From an uncultured Clostridia bacterium (GTDB lineage Bacteria; Bacillota; Clostridia; Oscillospirales; CAG-272): a DNA stretch of 53,878 nucleotides. Below are positions 46,624 through 53,878 of the stretch, piece by piece; the stretch's first letter is position 1; each line of letters begins with the position of its first letter. Under the pieces are notes generated by a model. The model saw only the letters and a program-made list of their open reading frames with translations. It had not been told where the DNA came from and searched no databases. Location: positions 1 through 53,878 of the forward strand of contig CANRVI010000001.1 in NCBI GenBank assembly GCA_947643245.1, in the 5' to 3' direction. The translations under genes and the position numbers were made by a program.

Positions 46624-47736
46624 ATGAAAAAAAGATATAAAGGCGCCGCCGCTCTGCTGAGCTTGCTCTTGCTCTTTTCCTGCTGCCTGCAGGGATGTGG
46701 GAAGGATTCCAGCGTACCGGTGCTTACGCTTGGGGATGTTTCTATCAGCGAAAATGTATATCATTACTGGGCGAGCACCTATAAAGGGGATTTTTTGTAC
46801 AGGTATGAGGATGTAAAAAACACAGAAGAATTTTGGAATGGGGAACTGATTGACGGAAAGAGCGCGGCAGAGTATTTTGACACGGTAATTTTGGAAAATA
46901 TTCAGTATACCCTAGTGTGTATGCAGCTGTTTGACGAGTATGGGCTGGTGATCTCCGCGTCGGAAAAGGAGAATATGCAGGAGCGTATTTCCGATTATCT
47001 GAAAGAGTATGCTGATGGAAATCGCAATTTGTTGAATCAGACGCTCGGGGAATACGGCATTAATATGAAGCTTTTGGAAAAGATTTATATTGACGATGCG
47101 AAAACTGCAAAGGTATATGATTATTTGTATGGTGAAACTGGACAGACGCCGATTGACGATACGCAGATGGAAGCGTATTATCAAGAGAATTACGTGCATT
47201 TGCAGATGATATTTATAAACAATAAATATCAGTACAAAACAGACAGCGGCGGAAAGTATGTTATGGATGAAAAAGGACAGGCTGTTACGGAGGAACTGGA
47301 TGCAGATACGAAGGCCCGGCGGGACGAGTCCATTCAAAAGGTGCAGGAAGGACTAGAAAACGGCGAATCCTTTGCTGCGCTATACGAGACCTATTCCGAA
47401 CTAAAGGCATACAAAAATGGATATTATTTTAGTAAGGGTATTGCCTATAACGATCCGATTTATTATGACCTGATCCAAAAGGCGATGGAAATGGAACTCC
47501 AGGACACGGCGGTTGTAGAAGGAGAATACGGAACTTGTATTATCCAAAGACTGGAACTGGATGAGGGCGCTTGGAAAAATAAAGAAAACGCAGATTTCTT
47601 TGATGCGTTTGAGAATACGGTAGGAGATACTGTTTTTCGAAAGTTTCTCCGAGAGCGTTTTGACGATATTGAAGTGGATGAAGATGCTATTGCTGCATAT
47701 TCTATCAGGACGGTAACGCCTAACTATACATTTTAA
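46624..47736 (+). CDS. PrsA/SurA-like lipoprotein with a divergent parvulin (PpiC-type) domain
   Basis: Lipobox LQGC|GKD after MKKRYKGAAALLSLLLLFSCC. Parvulin-like segment HLQMIFI...ENGESFAALYETYSE...GYYFSKG...GTCIIQRL. The position after mfd is common in Firmicutes. Confidence 0.6.
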   Translation: MKKRYKGAAALLSLLLLFSCCLQGCGKDSSVPVLTLGDVSISENVYHYWASTYKGDFLYRYEDVKNTEEFWNGELIDGKSAAEYFDTVILENIQYTLVCMQLFDEYGLVISASEKENMQERISDYLKEYADGNRNLLNQTLGEYGINMKLLEKIYIDDAKTAKVYDYLYGETGQTPIDDTQMEAYYQENYVHLQMIFINNKYQYKTDSGGKYVMDEKGQAVTEELDADTKARRDESIQKVQEGLENGESFAALYETYSELKAYKNGYYFSKGIAYNDPIYYDLIQKAMEMELQDTAVVEGEYGTCIIQRLELDEGAWKNKENADFFDAFENTVGDTVFRKFLRERFDDIEVDEDAIAAYSIRTVTPNYTF

Positions 47737-47738
47737 AA

Positions 47739-47767
47739 AGAGAGGGATTTCCCTCTCTTTTTATTTT
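47739..47767 (+). terminator. intrinsic terminator after the PrsA-like gene
   Basis: AGAGAGGG-attt-CCCTCTCT followed by TTTTATTTTT. Confidence 0.85.
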
Positions 47768-47970
47768 TGCCCCCGTTGCTCTATTTTCCGCTATAGGGGT
47801 CTTTTTCTTTGGCATTACAACGGGAGCATCCTTTTACAGAATCCGTTACAATAAGTGTGCAGGGGGGTCTGCCATATTTTGCAGGCGAATATGGCGGTCC
47901 GTGATCCGGCACGGGCCGTCCGGACTTTTCTGCAAATTTATTTTGCCGCGTTGGCGGCAGGGAGGATGGC

Positions 47971-50022
47971 ATGAAGGAAATAAAATATAAAATAAACCTA
48001 GATGTGCGACAAGGAGGGGTTCAGCAAACGCTATCGGGGTTTCGTGCAGGAGAGGCACGTTCCAGAACGGTGTGCATTCATCTGGTGGAAAGAGGAGCGG
48101 CGTATCAGGTGCCGCCGGGGTGCACCGTTACCATGTATTTAAGAAAGCCGGACGGTACCGCATGCTACAGTACGTGCGGTGTGGAAGGGGGTGCTGTCGT
48201 ACACACCTTTACATCCGGTGAGACGGCGGTTCCGGGAGAAGTGCTGTGCGAGGTAAGAATCCTTTCCGTAGAAGGGGATGATTCGACGATATTGTCCTCG
48301 CCCCAGTTTGGGATCGTTGTGGAAGATGTGCTCCAGGACGACGGGGCAATTGAATCGAGCAACGAATATTCAGCGCTGACAGAGGCAATCGCAGATGTGC
48401 AGTTGAAAGGCGAGGCAGCCGTACAGGCAGCTCAAAATGCGAACGAAGCAGCAGAAGAAGTGCGAGTACTGCTGCCAGGAAAAGCGACAACGTATGTGCT
48501 GCAGTGGACGGAGGCGAAGTACGAGGAATATGAAGCAGTAATGGAGGAAAACAAGGCGGTACTGGAAGCAATTGAGAATGCGCCTGTGGGAAGTTGCCAT
48601 ATCGTGCTGCAGGACGGGGAGAAGGAATATCCGTTGTCCAGAATGGAATACGGAGAGGAAAATCAATACTACTTTGCAGCGCCGGTTGTGGAAAGACAGA
48701 CGCCCTATGAGTATGTGGTATGGCACAAGCCGGCAACAAGATTGGAACCGGCAGAGTGCGGTCTGAGGCAGCGGACGACAGTAAACAGCACGGTAATGAA
48801 TAGAACAAATTTCCTGCCGCCGGCGACAGCGCTGGTATCGGCCCTTCTGGACAGCAAAGTAACGAAAGAAACGGGTAAGGGACTATCAGCAAACGACTAT
48901 ACGACAGAGGAAAAGGACAAGCTTGCGGGTATTGCAGAGGGTGCGGACAGCGTATCCTTCAATCCATCAAAAACGGAAGGAGAGCAAATTGGAACCCTAA
49001 CCATTAACGGAGTGGATACTCCATTGTTTGCTTCTGCGGCTACAATTTATTCGGAAGCTACTACCAGTAAAGCGGGGCTTATAAGTGCTTCTGATAAATC
49101 CAAATTAGACGGTATAACAACGAACATAAAAAACGGTACATCACCCGGTACTTTGCAGGGGATAATGGGATGCACAGCCAATAAATCAGGGGCTGTGGCG
49201 ATGGGGCAAAGCAGCACCGCAGCAGGTTCATTTTCCTTTGCCACAGGAAATTTTGCATTTACATCCGGCGGCGGGGACGCTGCTATTGGACACTATGTGC
49301 GTTCCTCCGGAACAGGGCAGGTAGTGGTAGGAAAATATAATAAGGAATACGCAGGTCCACCAAATTCGAATGATGCAGGAGGAACACAGTTCATAGTAGG
49401 AGTAGGTACTGGAGACACTGCAAGGACAAATGCATTTCGAGTAACATCGGACGGATATTGCCGGGGACAAAACGCGTTTTCAGGATCGGGTGCGGACTAT
49501 GCAGAGTACTTCGAATGGATGGACGGTAATCCGAATAAGGAAGACCGCCGGGGCTGTTTTGTCACGCTGGAAGGGGACAAAATACGAAAAGCCGATGTAG
49601 GGGATGATTATATCTTAGGTGTTGTATCCGCTACACCGGCACTGATTGGCAATACGTACAGCGATATGTGGCAGGGCATGTACATGACGGATATATTTGG
49701 AGAACGTCTGACAGAGATGGTAGAAGTACCTGAAACGGTCGACGAACAAACTGGGATGGCAATTCCTGCACATACGGAAACGAGATTTGTCATCAACCCT
49801 GCATACGATTCGGACCAGCCGTATGCGGGCCGCAACGAACGGAGCGAATGGGATGCGGTTGGTATTGTGGGGCAGCTTGTCGTAATCGATGACGGTACAT
49901 GCGAGATAAACGGTTATTGTAGAGTAGCAGAAGGGGGTACAGCAGTAAAGTCGGAAGTGAAAACAAAATACCGTGTAATGGAACGACTGGATGATACTCA
50001 TGTAAAAATTTTTATTAAATAA
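47971..50022 (+). CDS. phage tail fibre / receptor-binding protein (BppU_N-like N-terminus, peptidase_G2-like C-terminal intramolecular chaperone)
   Basis: N-terminus KINLDVRQGG...RSRTVCIHLVERGAAYQVPPGCTVTMYLRKPDGT... (BppU_N pattern). Fibre motifs GKGLSANDYTTEEKDKLAGI and AGLISASDKSKLDGI. C-terminus GSGADYAEYFEWMDGNP...GVVSATPALIGN (phi29 gp12-type autocleaving domain). Confidence 0.8.
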   Translation: MKEIKYKINLDVRQGGVQQTLSGFRAGEARSRTVCIHLVERGAAYQVPPGCTVTMYLRKPDGTACYSTCGVEGGAVVHTFTSGETAVPGEVLCEVRILSVEGDDSTILSSPQFGIVVEDVLQDDGAIESSNEYSALTEAIADVQLKGEAAVQAAQNANEAAEEVRVLLPGKATTYVLQWTEAKYEEYEAVMEENKAVLEAIENAPVGSCHIVLQDGEKEYPLSRMEYGEENQYYFAAPVVERQTPYEYVVWHKPATRLEPAECGLRQRTTVNSTVMNRTNFLPPATALVSALLDSKVTKETGKGLSANDYTTEEKDKLAGIAEGADSVSFNPSKTEGEQIGTLTINGVDTPLFASAATIYSEATTSKAGLISASDKSKLDGITTNIKNGTSPGTLQGIMGCTANKSGAVAMGQSSTAAGSFSFATGNFAFTSGGGDAAIGHYVRSSGTGQVVVGKYNKEYAGPPNSNDAGGTQFIVGVGTGDTARTNAFRVTSDGYCRGQNAFSGSGADYAEYFEWMDGNPNKEDRRGCFVTLEGDKIRKADVGDDYILGVVSATPALIGNTYSDMWQGMYMTDIFGERLTEMVEVPETVDEQTGMAIPAHTETRFVINPAYDSDQPYAGRNERSEWDAVGIVGQLVVIDDGTCEINGYCRVAEGGTAVKSEVKTKYRVMERLDDTHVKIFIK

Positions 50023-50085
50023 AGGGGACGGAATTTGACCGGTTAACATAGTACAATTAGATCGGAAACAAAAAGGGGGGAGAAA

Positions 50086-50355
50086 ATGACAGAAGCACTG
50101 ATTGCAGCAGGAGCGGCAATTGTTGTAGGCGCGTTTTCGCTGATTGGGGTCATAATTATGAATAACCGTTCCAATGACAGAATGCAAAACGAAATAAAAA
50201 CTGCCCAGGCGGTGACAGATGAACGGATCAGTGAACTGACAAGAGAGGTACGGCTGCATAACGATTTTGCCAGGCGTGTTCCTGTAATAGAGGAGCAAGT
50301 GAAGGCAGCCAATCATAGGCTGTCTGATTTGGAAGAATTTCATAAACCTCAATAA
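50086..50355 (+). CDS. small N-terminally anchored coiled-coil protein of the lysis module (XhlA-like position)
   Basis: TM helix ALIAAGAAIVVGAFSLIGVIIM, then a coiled coil (ISELTREVRLHNDFARRVPVIEEQVKAANHRLSDLEE). GGGGGGAG RBS. It lies immediately upstream of the holin. Confidence 0.5.
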   Translation: MTEALIAAGAAIVVGAFSLIGVIIMNNRSNDRMQNEIKTAQAVTDERISELTREVRLHNDFARRVPVIEEQVKAANHRLSDLEEFHKPQ

Positions 50356-50381
50356 GCTTTTATATTAAAGGAGCGAAAGGA

Positions 50382-50672
50382 ATGGATTTGACAAATATAG
50401 CAAGCGTAGCGGCAATCACAGTGATATGTTATCTGATTGCAATTGGAGTAAAGGCTACAAAGGTAAGCAATAAATACATACCCGTTATTTGCGGGATAAC
50501 AGGCGGGATTTTGGGAATCGTCGGGATGTTCGCAATTCCAGGATATCCGGCGGGGGACGTGATCAATGCTGCGGCTGTGGGGATTGTATCCGGTCTGGCG
50601 GCAACCGGCGCCAACCAGGTGTACAAGCAATTAAATAAATTGAATCATGAGAAAGAAGAGGAAGAAAAATGA
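50382..50672 (+). CDS. phage holin
   Basis: 96 aa with three hydrophobic segments, a NKYIPVICGITGGILG motif and a highly charged tail (NHEKEEEEK). The stop overlaps the endolysin start (ATGA). Confidence 0.8.
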   Translation: MDLTNIASVAAITVICYLIAIGVKATKVSNKYIPVICGITGGILGIVGMFAIPGYPAGDVINAAAVGIVSGLAATGANQVYKQLNKLNHEKEEEEK

Positions 50673-51772
50673 GCAACAGTAGTTTAGTAAATTATACGAA
50701 AATATCACCGAACAGCAACAATCCTAGAAACAATACAATTAAAAAGATCACAATTCATCACTGCGCGGGGAATGCGAGCGTAGAAACACTAGGAAATATT
50801 TTTGCACCCACGAGCCGGCAAGCCAGTGCAAACTACGGCATTGGCAGCGACGGACGGGTAGGCATGTATGTAGAAGAGAAAAACCGGGCGTGGACCAGCG
50901 GTAGTGCGGAAAACGACCATCAGGCAATCACCATTGAGGTGGCCAACGACGGCGGTGCGCCGGACTGGCATGTAAGCGACACGGCTATGGCTAAGCTGAT
51001 CCAGCTGTGCGTGGATATCTGCAAACGAAATGGGATTACCAAACTGAATTATACGGGGGATGCCAGCGGCAACCTGACGCGGCACAATATGTTTGCGGCG
51101 ACAACCTGCCCTGGACCGTATCTCCAAGGGAGATTCCCGTACATAGCCAGTGAAGTGAATAAGCAATTGCAGGGGGGAACTGGAGAAGAGCCCGAAAAGG
51201 TAGAAGCAGTATATCATATTTTGGACGGTACAAATGTCGGCAGAGGAACAGACCAGTTAATCCGATATACCGGGACAAGCACCGGTACCAACGAATATGG
51301 ATTTGAAGTACCTATTGACCGGAACGCGATTGCAGTAACAGGAGTGAAATATGTGGGAAACAGTCCCATACCGGCCGGAGGATATGTATTGTCTGGTCAC
51401 GGAGAAGCAGGAAAGTGGCTGTATGCCAATATAAATGAAGGAGACCTTGTGGGCGTTTACGACGGCTGGGTGAAGGTGCAGAAAGCATGCTGCAGGACGC
51501 TGGACGGCATAGACACAGGCAGAGGCACAAACCAGTTGATTGCCTACACGAAGGGAAGGACTGGGACGAATGCCTATGGATTTGAAGTATGTATCGTAGA
51601 TGGCGTAGCTACATCGGATGCCATTTACGGAAACGGAAACATATGGGTGGCAGAAGGTACGTATGTATTGTCTGGCCATGGGACTGCGGGCGAGTGGCTG
51701 TACGTGCATGTAAAGAAGGGGACCAGAGTGGAAGTAAATACCCAGTATGGTTTTATCAATGTAAAAAAATAA
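50669..51772 (+). CDS. N-acetylmuramoyl-L-alanine amidase endolysin (Amidase_2/PGRP) with duplicated C-terminal domain
   Basis: ITIHHCAGN...ANYGIGSDGRV...ENDHQAITIEVAN...RHNMFAATTCPG are Amidase_2 motifs. A tandem ~92-aa repeat follows. Confidence 0.88.
   Translation: MSNSSLVNYTKISPNSNNPRNNTIKKITIHHCAGNASVETLGNIFAPTSRQASANYGIGSDGRVGMYVEEKNRAWTSGSAENDHQAITIEVANDGGAPDWHVSDTAMAKLIQLCVDICKRNGITKLNYTGDASGNLTRHNMFAATTCPGPYLQGRFPYIASEVNKQLQGGTGEEPEKVEAVYHILDGTNVGRGTDQLIRYTGTSTGTNEYGFEVPIDRNAIAVTGVKYVGNSPIPAGGYVLSGHGEAGKWLYANINEGDLVGVYDGWVKVQKACCRTLDGIDTGRGTNQLIAYTKGRTGTNAYGFEVCIVDGVATSDAIYGNGNIWVAEGTYVLSGHGTAGEWLYVHVKKGTRVEVNTQYGFINVKK
51209..51769 (+). repeat. tandem protein-level duplication in the endolysin C-terminus (probable cell-wall-binding domains)
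   Basis: aa 181-272 and aa 273-367 both follow LDG.n.GRGT.QLI.YT...TGTN.YGFEV......YVLSGHG.AG.WLY. I did not recognise the family. Confidence 0.7.
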
Positions 51773-51782
51773 TAGAATGAAA

Positions 51783-51809
51783 ACAGGGAGAGACAACGTC
51801 TCTCCCTGT
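51783..51809 (+). terminator. hairpin after the endolysin gene
   Basis: ACAGGGAGAGA-caacg-TCTCTCCCTGT, an 11-bp stem with a short T tract. Confidence 0.6.
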
Positions 51810-51927
51810 TCTGGCCAACCGGACTCAAACAGCTCATTTGCAACATATGCGTTAAAAGTAAAATCGCATACCACAACGGTACGCGATCAGCGTGCAGGAT
51901 GAAGTTTGGTGAAAGGACAGCAAAAAA

Positions 51928-51956
51928 TAAATGCCGGCGTAGCCGCAGGCATTTTT
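51928..51956. terminator. imperfect hairpin flanked by A and T runs
   Basis: TAAATGCCGGC-gta-GCCgcaGGCATTTTT. The stem carries a 3-nt bulge. Confidence 0.4.
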
Positions 51957-51970
51957 AGTTTGATACAAAA

Positions 51971-52000
51971 AGCCTCGAACGCAAATGCGCGTTTGAGGCT
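51971..52000 (-). terminator. terminator of the tRNA-Gln/tRNA-Val transcription unit
   Basis: AGCCTCGAACGC / GCGTTTGAGGCT arms (11 of 12 pair), followed on the minus strand by TTTTGTATC. It starts 7 nt after the tRNA-Val 3' end. Confidence 0.6.
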
Positions 52001-52006
52001 CTCGAC

Positions 52007-52083
52007 TGGTGGAGACAGAGGGACTCGAACCCGCGACCTCTCGGATGTGAACCGAACGCTCTAACCAGCTGAGCTATGCCTCC
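52007..52083 (-). tRNA. tRNA-Val (anticodon CAC), CCA encoded
   Basis: Minus strand GGAGGCATAGCTCAGCTGGTTAGAGCGTTCGGTTCACATCCGAGAGGTCGCGGGTTCGAGTCCCTCTGTCTCCACCA. Cloverleaf drawn by hand; anticodon loop TTCACAT. There is one C50-U64 mismatch in the T stem. Confidence 0.85.
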
Positions 52084-52129
52084 ATATGGGACGACAACTG
52101 CCGCCCCCATATCGCCCATTTGTTTGGGT

Positions 52130-52203
52130 TGGCTGGGATAGCAGGGCTCGAACCTACAAAACAGGAGTCAAAGTCCTGTGTGTTACCATTACACCATATC
52201 CCA
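52130..52203 (-). tRNA. tRNA-Gln (anticodon TTG), CCA encoded
   Basis: Minus strand TGGGATATGGTGTAATGGTAACACACAGGACTTTGACTCCTGTTTTGTAGGTTCGAGCCCTGCTATCCCAGCCA. All four stems pair; anticodon loop CTTTGAC. Confidence 0.9.
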
Positions 52204-52223
52204 ATCTCACTTTTGCAATGGAT

Positions 52224-52252
52224 AGTATATCACAAATCTATGCTGCTGTCAA
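52224..52252 (-). promoter_or_regulatory. promoter of the tRNA genes
   Basis: Minus strand TTGACA (52252-52247), 17 nt spacer, TATACT (52229-52224), about 20 nt upstream of tRNA-Gln. Confidence 0.7.
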
Positions 52253-52268
52253 GAGCAGCCGCGGCGCC

Positions 52269-52297
52269 TTGACAAAATTTTACCTGCGGAGTACAAT
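52269..52297 (+). promoter_or_regulatory. promoter of mtnN, back-to-back with the tRNA promoter
   Basis: TTGACA (52269-52274), 17 nt spacer, TACAAT (52292-52297). Confidence 0.65.
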
Positions 52298-52324
52298 ATG
52301 AAAAAACGTACATTTGGGGGATTT

Positions 52325-53029
52325 ATGGGGAAGCAATATGAAACTGTAGGTATTATCGCCGCTATGCAGATGGAAATAGACGGAATTTGGGCAAAACTCC
52401 AAAATCCAACACAAGAAACCATCAGCGGGATCCGGTACGTCCGGGGAATGCTCCACGGAAAAACTGTGATCGCGGCGAAATGTGGCGTCGGCAAAGTATT
52501 TGCAGCAGTATGCGCGCAGACTATGATTTTACGGTATGCGCCGGACTGCATCATAAATACCGGCGTTGCAGGTGGGCTGGCGGATGGGCTGCAGGTTCTG
52601 GATCTTGTGATTGCCTCTCATGTAGTCCAGCATGATATGGATACCTCCGGACTGGGGGACCCCGTGGGGCTGCTGTCTGGAATCGATATAATACAGATCC
52701 CCTGTGACGGGCAGCTGGTATCTGCTCTGCAGCGTAGTGTTCAAATTTTGGAAAAGCAACATATGCTGGGCGTCGTAGCTTCAGGGGACATCTTTGTATG
52801 TACCGAACAGCAGCGCAGCCGGATTCGGGACCAGTTTCATGCTGCGGCCTGCGAAATGGAAGGCGGCGCAATTGGGCAGGCGTGTTATTTGAATCAGGTT
52901 CCCTTTGGCGTTTTACGCGCTATATCTGACAGTGCCAGCGCAGATTCCGGTATGGACTATCCTGTATTTGCTGCTGCTGCGGCAGAAACAGCAGTGGCTG
53001 CAATTGATCAAATGCTGCAGCTATTATAA
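52325..53029 (+). CDS. mtnN: 5'-methylthioadenosine/S-adenosylhomocysteine nucleosidase
   Basis: VGIIAAMQMEIDGI, SGDIFV and EMEGGAIGQ motifs. The ORF opens at 52298, but that ATG abuts the -10 box, so 52325 is preferred. The start is uncertain. Confidence 0.9.
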   Translation: MGKQYETVGIIAAMQMEIDGIWAKLQNPTQETISGIRYVRGMLHGKTVIAAKCGVGKVFAAVCAQTMILRYAPDCIINTGVAGGLADGLQVLDLVIASHVVQHDMDTSGLGDPVGLLSGIDIIQIPCDGQLVSALQRSVQILEKQHMLGVVASGDIFVCTEQQRSRIRDQFHAAACEMEGGAIGQACYLNQVPFGVLRAISDSASADSGMDYPVFAAAAAETAVAAIDQMLQLL

Positions 53030-53031
53030 CG

Positions 53032-53060
53032 AAGAAGTCAGCGCATAGCGCTGACTTCTT
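53032..53060. terminator. bidirectional terminator between mtnN and the convergent hypothetical gene
   Basis: AAGAAGTCAGCGC-ata-GCGCTGACTTCTT, a 13-bp perfect stem. Confidence 0.8.
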
Positions 53061-53064
53061 ACAG

Positions 53065-53667
53065 TTATTTTATTGGAAGACGACGGATCAGCAATGCAAG
53101 ATCTGCCGTGGTGTGACTGAGCTGATAGAAAAAGGATTTTCTATCGAAGTAATCGTCCATATCTGAACTGGCGTTTGCAAGCGCACGCATACCGCCCTCA
53201 TACACGACTGAGCCGCTCAGCCGCTTTTCCAGTTGGGGAATGGTTAAAAAATCATTAATTCCCAGAACAAAACGCACAAATTCAATACAAATATATGCGT
53301 CACGGATTTTTACAGATTTATGAAGCGGATAGGCAAAAGCAGATAAAAAGTTGTATTTCATCTGCTTTTTATTTTTCATAAAGGTATGTATTGTAGACAA
53401 AATCTGTTCATAGTGCGCGTCAGAAACGGAAACCTTGCAGACTTTTACCGGCGTATCTGTCCCGTTATACAAGTATCGAGAAGGCAATTCTCTTACAAAT
53501 CCGGCTACAAAAGGAGTATTGTAATATTGTCTGGAAAAAGAATACATTTCAGAAAGATGCGGACTGCTGGACAGCGCCACATGGCTGTATCGCGTTCTTG
53601 TAAAGGCGCGTATAAATTTCCCGCTTTTATAATTAGATGCGAGAAATGCAATGTAAATATCTTTCAT
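53065..53667 (-). CDS. hypothetical protein, possibly a permuted papain-like (YiiX/NlpC-P60-type) fold
   Basis: The gene is AT-rich. His comes before Cys: RYSHVALSS ... DAYICIEFVRFVLG. AGAGGA RBS precedes the ATG at 53667 (the ORF opens at 53742). The family call is tentative. Confidence 0.4.
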   Translation of the reverse strand: MKDIYIAFLASNYKSGKFIRAFTRTRYSHVALSSSPHLSEMYSFSRQYYNTPFVAGFVRELPSRYLYNGTDTPVKVCKVSVSDAHYEQILSTIHTFMKNKKQMKYNFLSAFAYPLHKSVKIRDAYICIEFVRFVLGINDFLTIPQLEKRLSGSVVYEGGMRALANASSDMDDYFDRKSFFYQLSHTTADLALLIRRLPIK

Positions 53668-53815
53668 AGCAAGTCCTCTGCACAAATCATTCATCAATAG
53701 TTGATTTGCAATTATTATATCATATTCTCCATAGAAAAGCAAGAATTGTCTATGCGGTCGTTGACTTTTTCAAGTGGGAATTTTTGGCGGATTCCAAAGA
53801 ACACAGACAATAATA

Positions 53816-53847
53816 AGCGCCCTCCTGCTGGCAGTAGGAGGGCGCTT
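53816..53847 (-). terminator. terminator of a minus-strand gene lying beyond the window end
   Basis: AAGCGCCCTCCT-gctggcagt-AGGAGGGCGCTT, followed on the minus strand by ATTATTGTC. A possible stop codon lies at ~53851. Confidence 0.55.
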
Positions 53848-53878
53848 TGCGTCATTTCACCAATAGAAAGATTAATAT

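Larger units (their letters stand above)
47971..51772 (+). mobile_element. prophage remnant: tail fibre plus lysis cassette only
   Basis: Four co-oriented phage-type genes (BppU/peptidase-G2 tail fibre, small TM/coiled-coil protein, holin, amidase endolysin). They lie between core genes (mfd/prsA-like) and two tRNA genes. No integrase, capsid, tube or sheath genes are present. Confidence 0.75.

Noticed and set aside
37147-47767. Similar terminator sequences at 37147-37176 and 47739-47767 (AAAAAGAGGGGATTTCCCCTCTTTTT type), considered as a possible dispersed repeat family (REP/MITE).
   Set aside because: Similarity is limited to a short poly-purine/poly-pyrimidine stem with A/T runs. That is generic for intrinsic terminators, and there is no extended flanking homology.
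51893-51955. 19-codon basic peptide ORF (MKFGERTAKNKCRRSRRHF) between the endolysin and the tRNA genes.
   Set aside because: It has no RBS, overlaps a terminator-like hairpin and is too short to support without conservation data.
47767-52006. att-site direct repeats flanking the phage remnant, or a duplicated tRNA 3' end.
   Set aside because: Only chance 6-7-mers (CCGGAC, GTGCAGG, ACAACGG) are shared between the two flanks. There is no copy of the tRNA-Val 3' segment.
52086-52301. 71-aa ORF and a 101-aa antisense ORF overlapping the tRNA genes and promoters.
   Set aside because: The sequence is accounted for by tRNA-Val, tRNA-Gln and two back-to-back consensus promoters.
1-53878. Looked for CRISPR arrays, IS elements or transposases, integrases or recombinases, rRNA genes, toxin-antitoxin pairs and hallmark defence genes (restriction enzymes, Cas, STAND/AAA+ NTPase-nuclease pairs, retron RT and similar).
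   Set aside because: I saw no spaced direct repeats. None of the ORF translations carries the corresponding motifs. The only mobile-element signal is the 4-gene phage remnant at 47.97-51.77 kb.

Overview
This 53.9-kb window looks like chromosomal DNA from a Firmicute, probably class Clostridia. That guess rests on the IspH-S1 fusion gene, CIRCE/HrcA heat-shock control, an L-box riboswitch and the overall gene order. It is dominated by intact housekeeping genes:
- hrcA-grpE-dnaK-dnaJ-prmA behind a CIRCE operator
- a lysine-riboswitch-controlled dapA-dapB-lysA operon
- a MATE exporter
- recA-recF-recX
- rimO, an MBL-fold hydrolase and rlmH
- mnmG
- an rpiR-baiN-like-cmk-plsC-ispH/S1 operon
- pth-mfd followed by a PrsA-like lipoprotein
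- tRNA-Gln and tRNA-Val
- mtnN

The accessory content is:
- an AT-rich 2-kb island carrying an ECF-like sigma factor with a Cys-bearing C-terminal extension plus a DUF2461 gene (6.2-8.3 kb)
- a WG-repeat membrane protein
- a BspA-type LRR surface protein, followed by a PplA-like double FMN_bind-like lipoprotein and an ApbE/FmnB flavin transferase (24.2-28.7 kb)
- an 850-aa anchored surface protein
- two paralogous COG0523 (CobW-like) GTPase genes, one His/Cys-rich and one apparently fused to a DUF1980-like MTCCADD domain (37.2-39.3 kb)
- a GT2 / RlmA-like / sortase B block
- a 4-kb prophage remnant made only of a BppU/peptidase-G2 tail fibre and a lysis cassette, next to the tRNA genes (47.8-51.8 kb)

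I saw no CRISPR array, IS element, integrase, rRNA or recognisable defence system. I cannot point to a clearly novel multi-gene system. The best candidates for new biology are the sigma/DUF2461 island, the variant-motif flavinylation pair, the COG0523-DUF1980 fusion pair and the orphan tail-fibre/lysis module. All family calls come from motif recognition by eye, and no searches were run.
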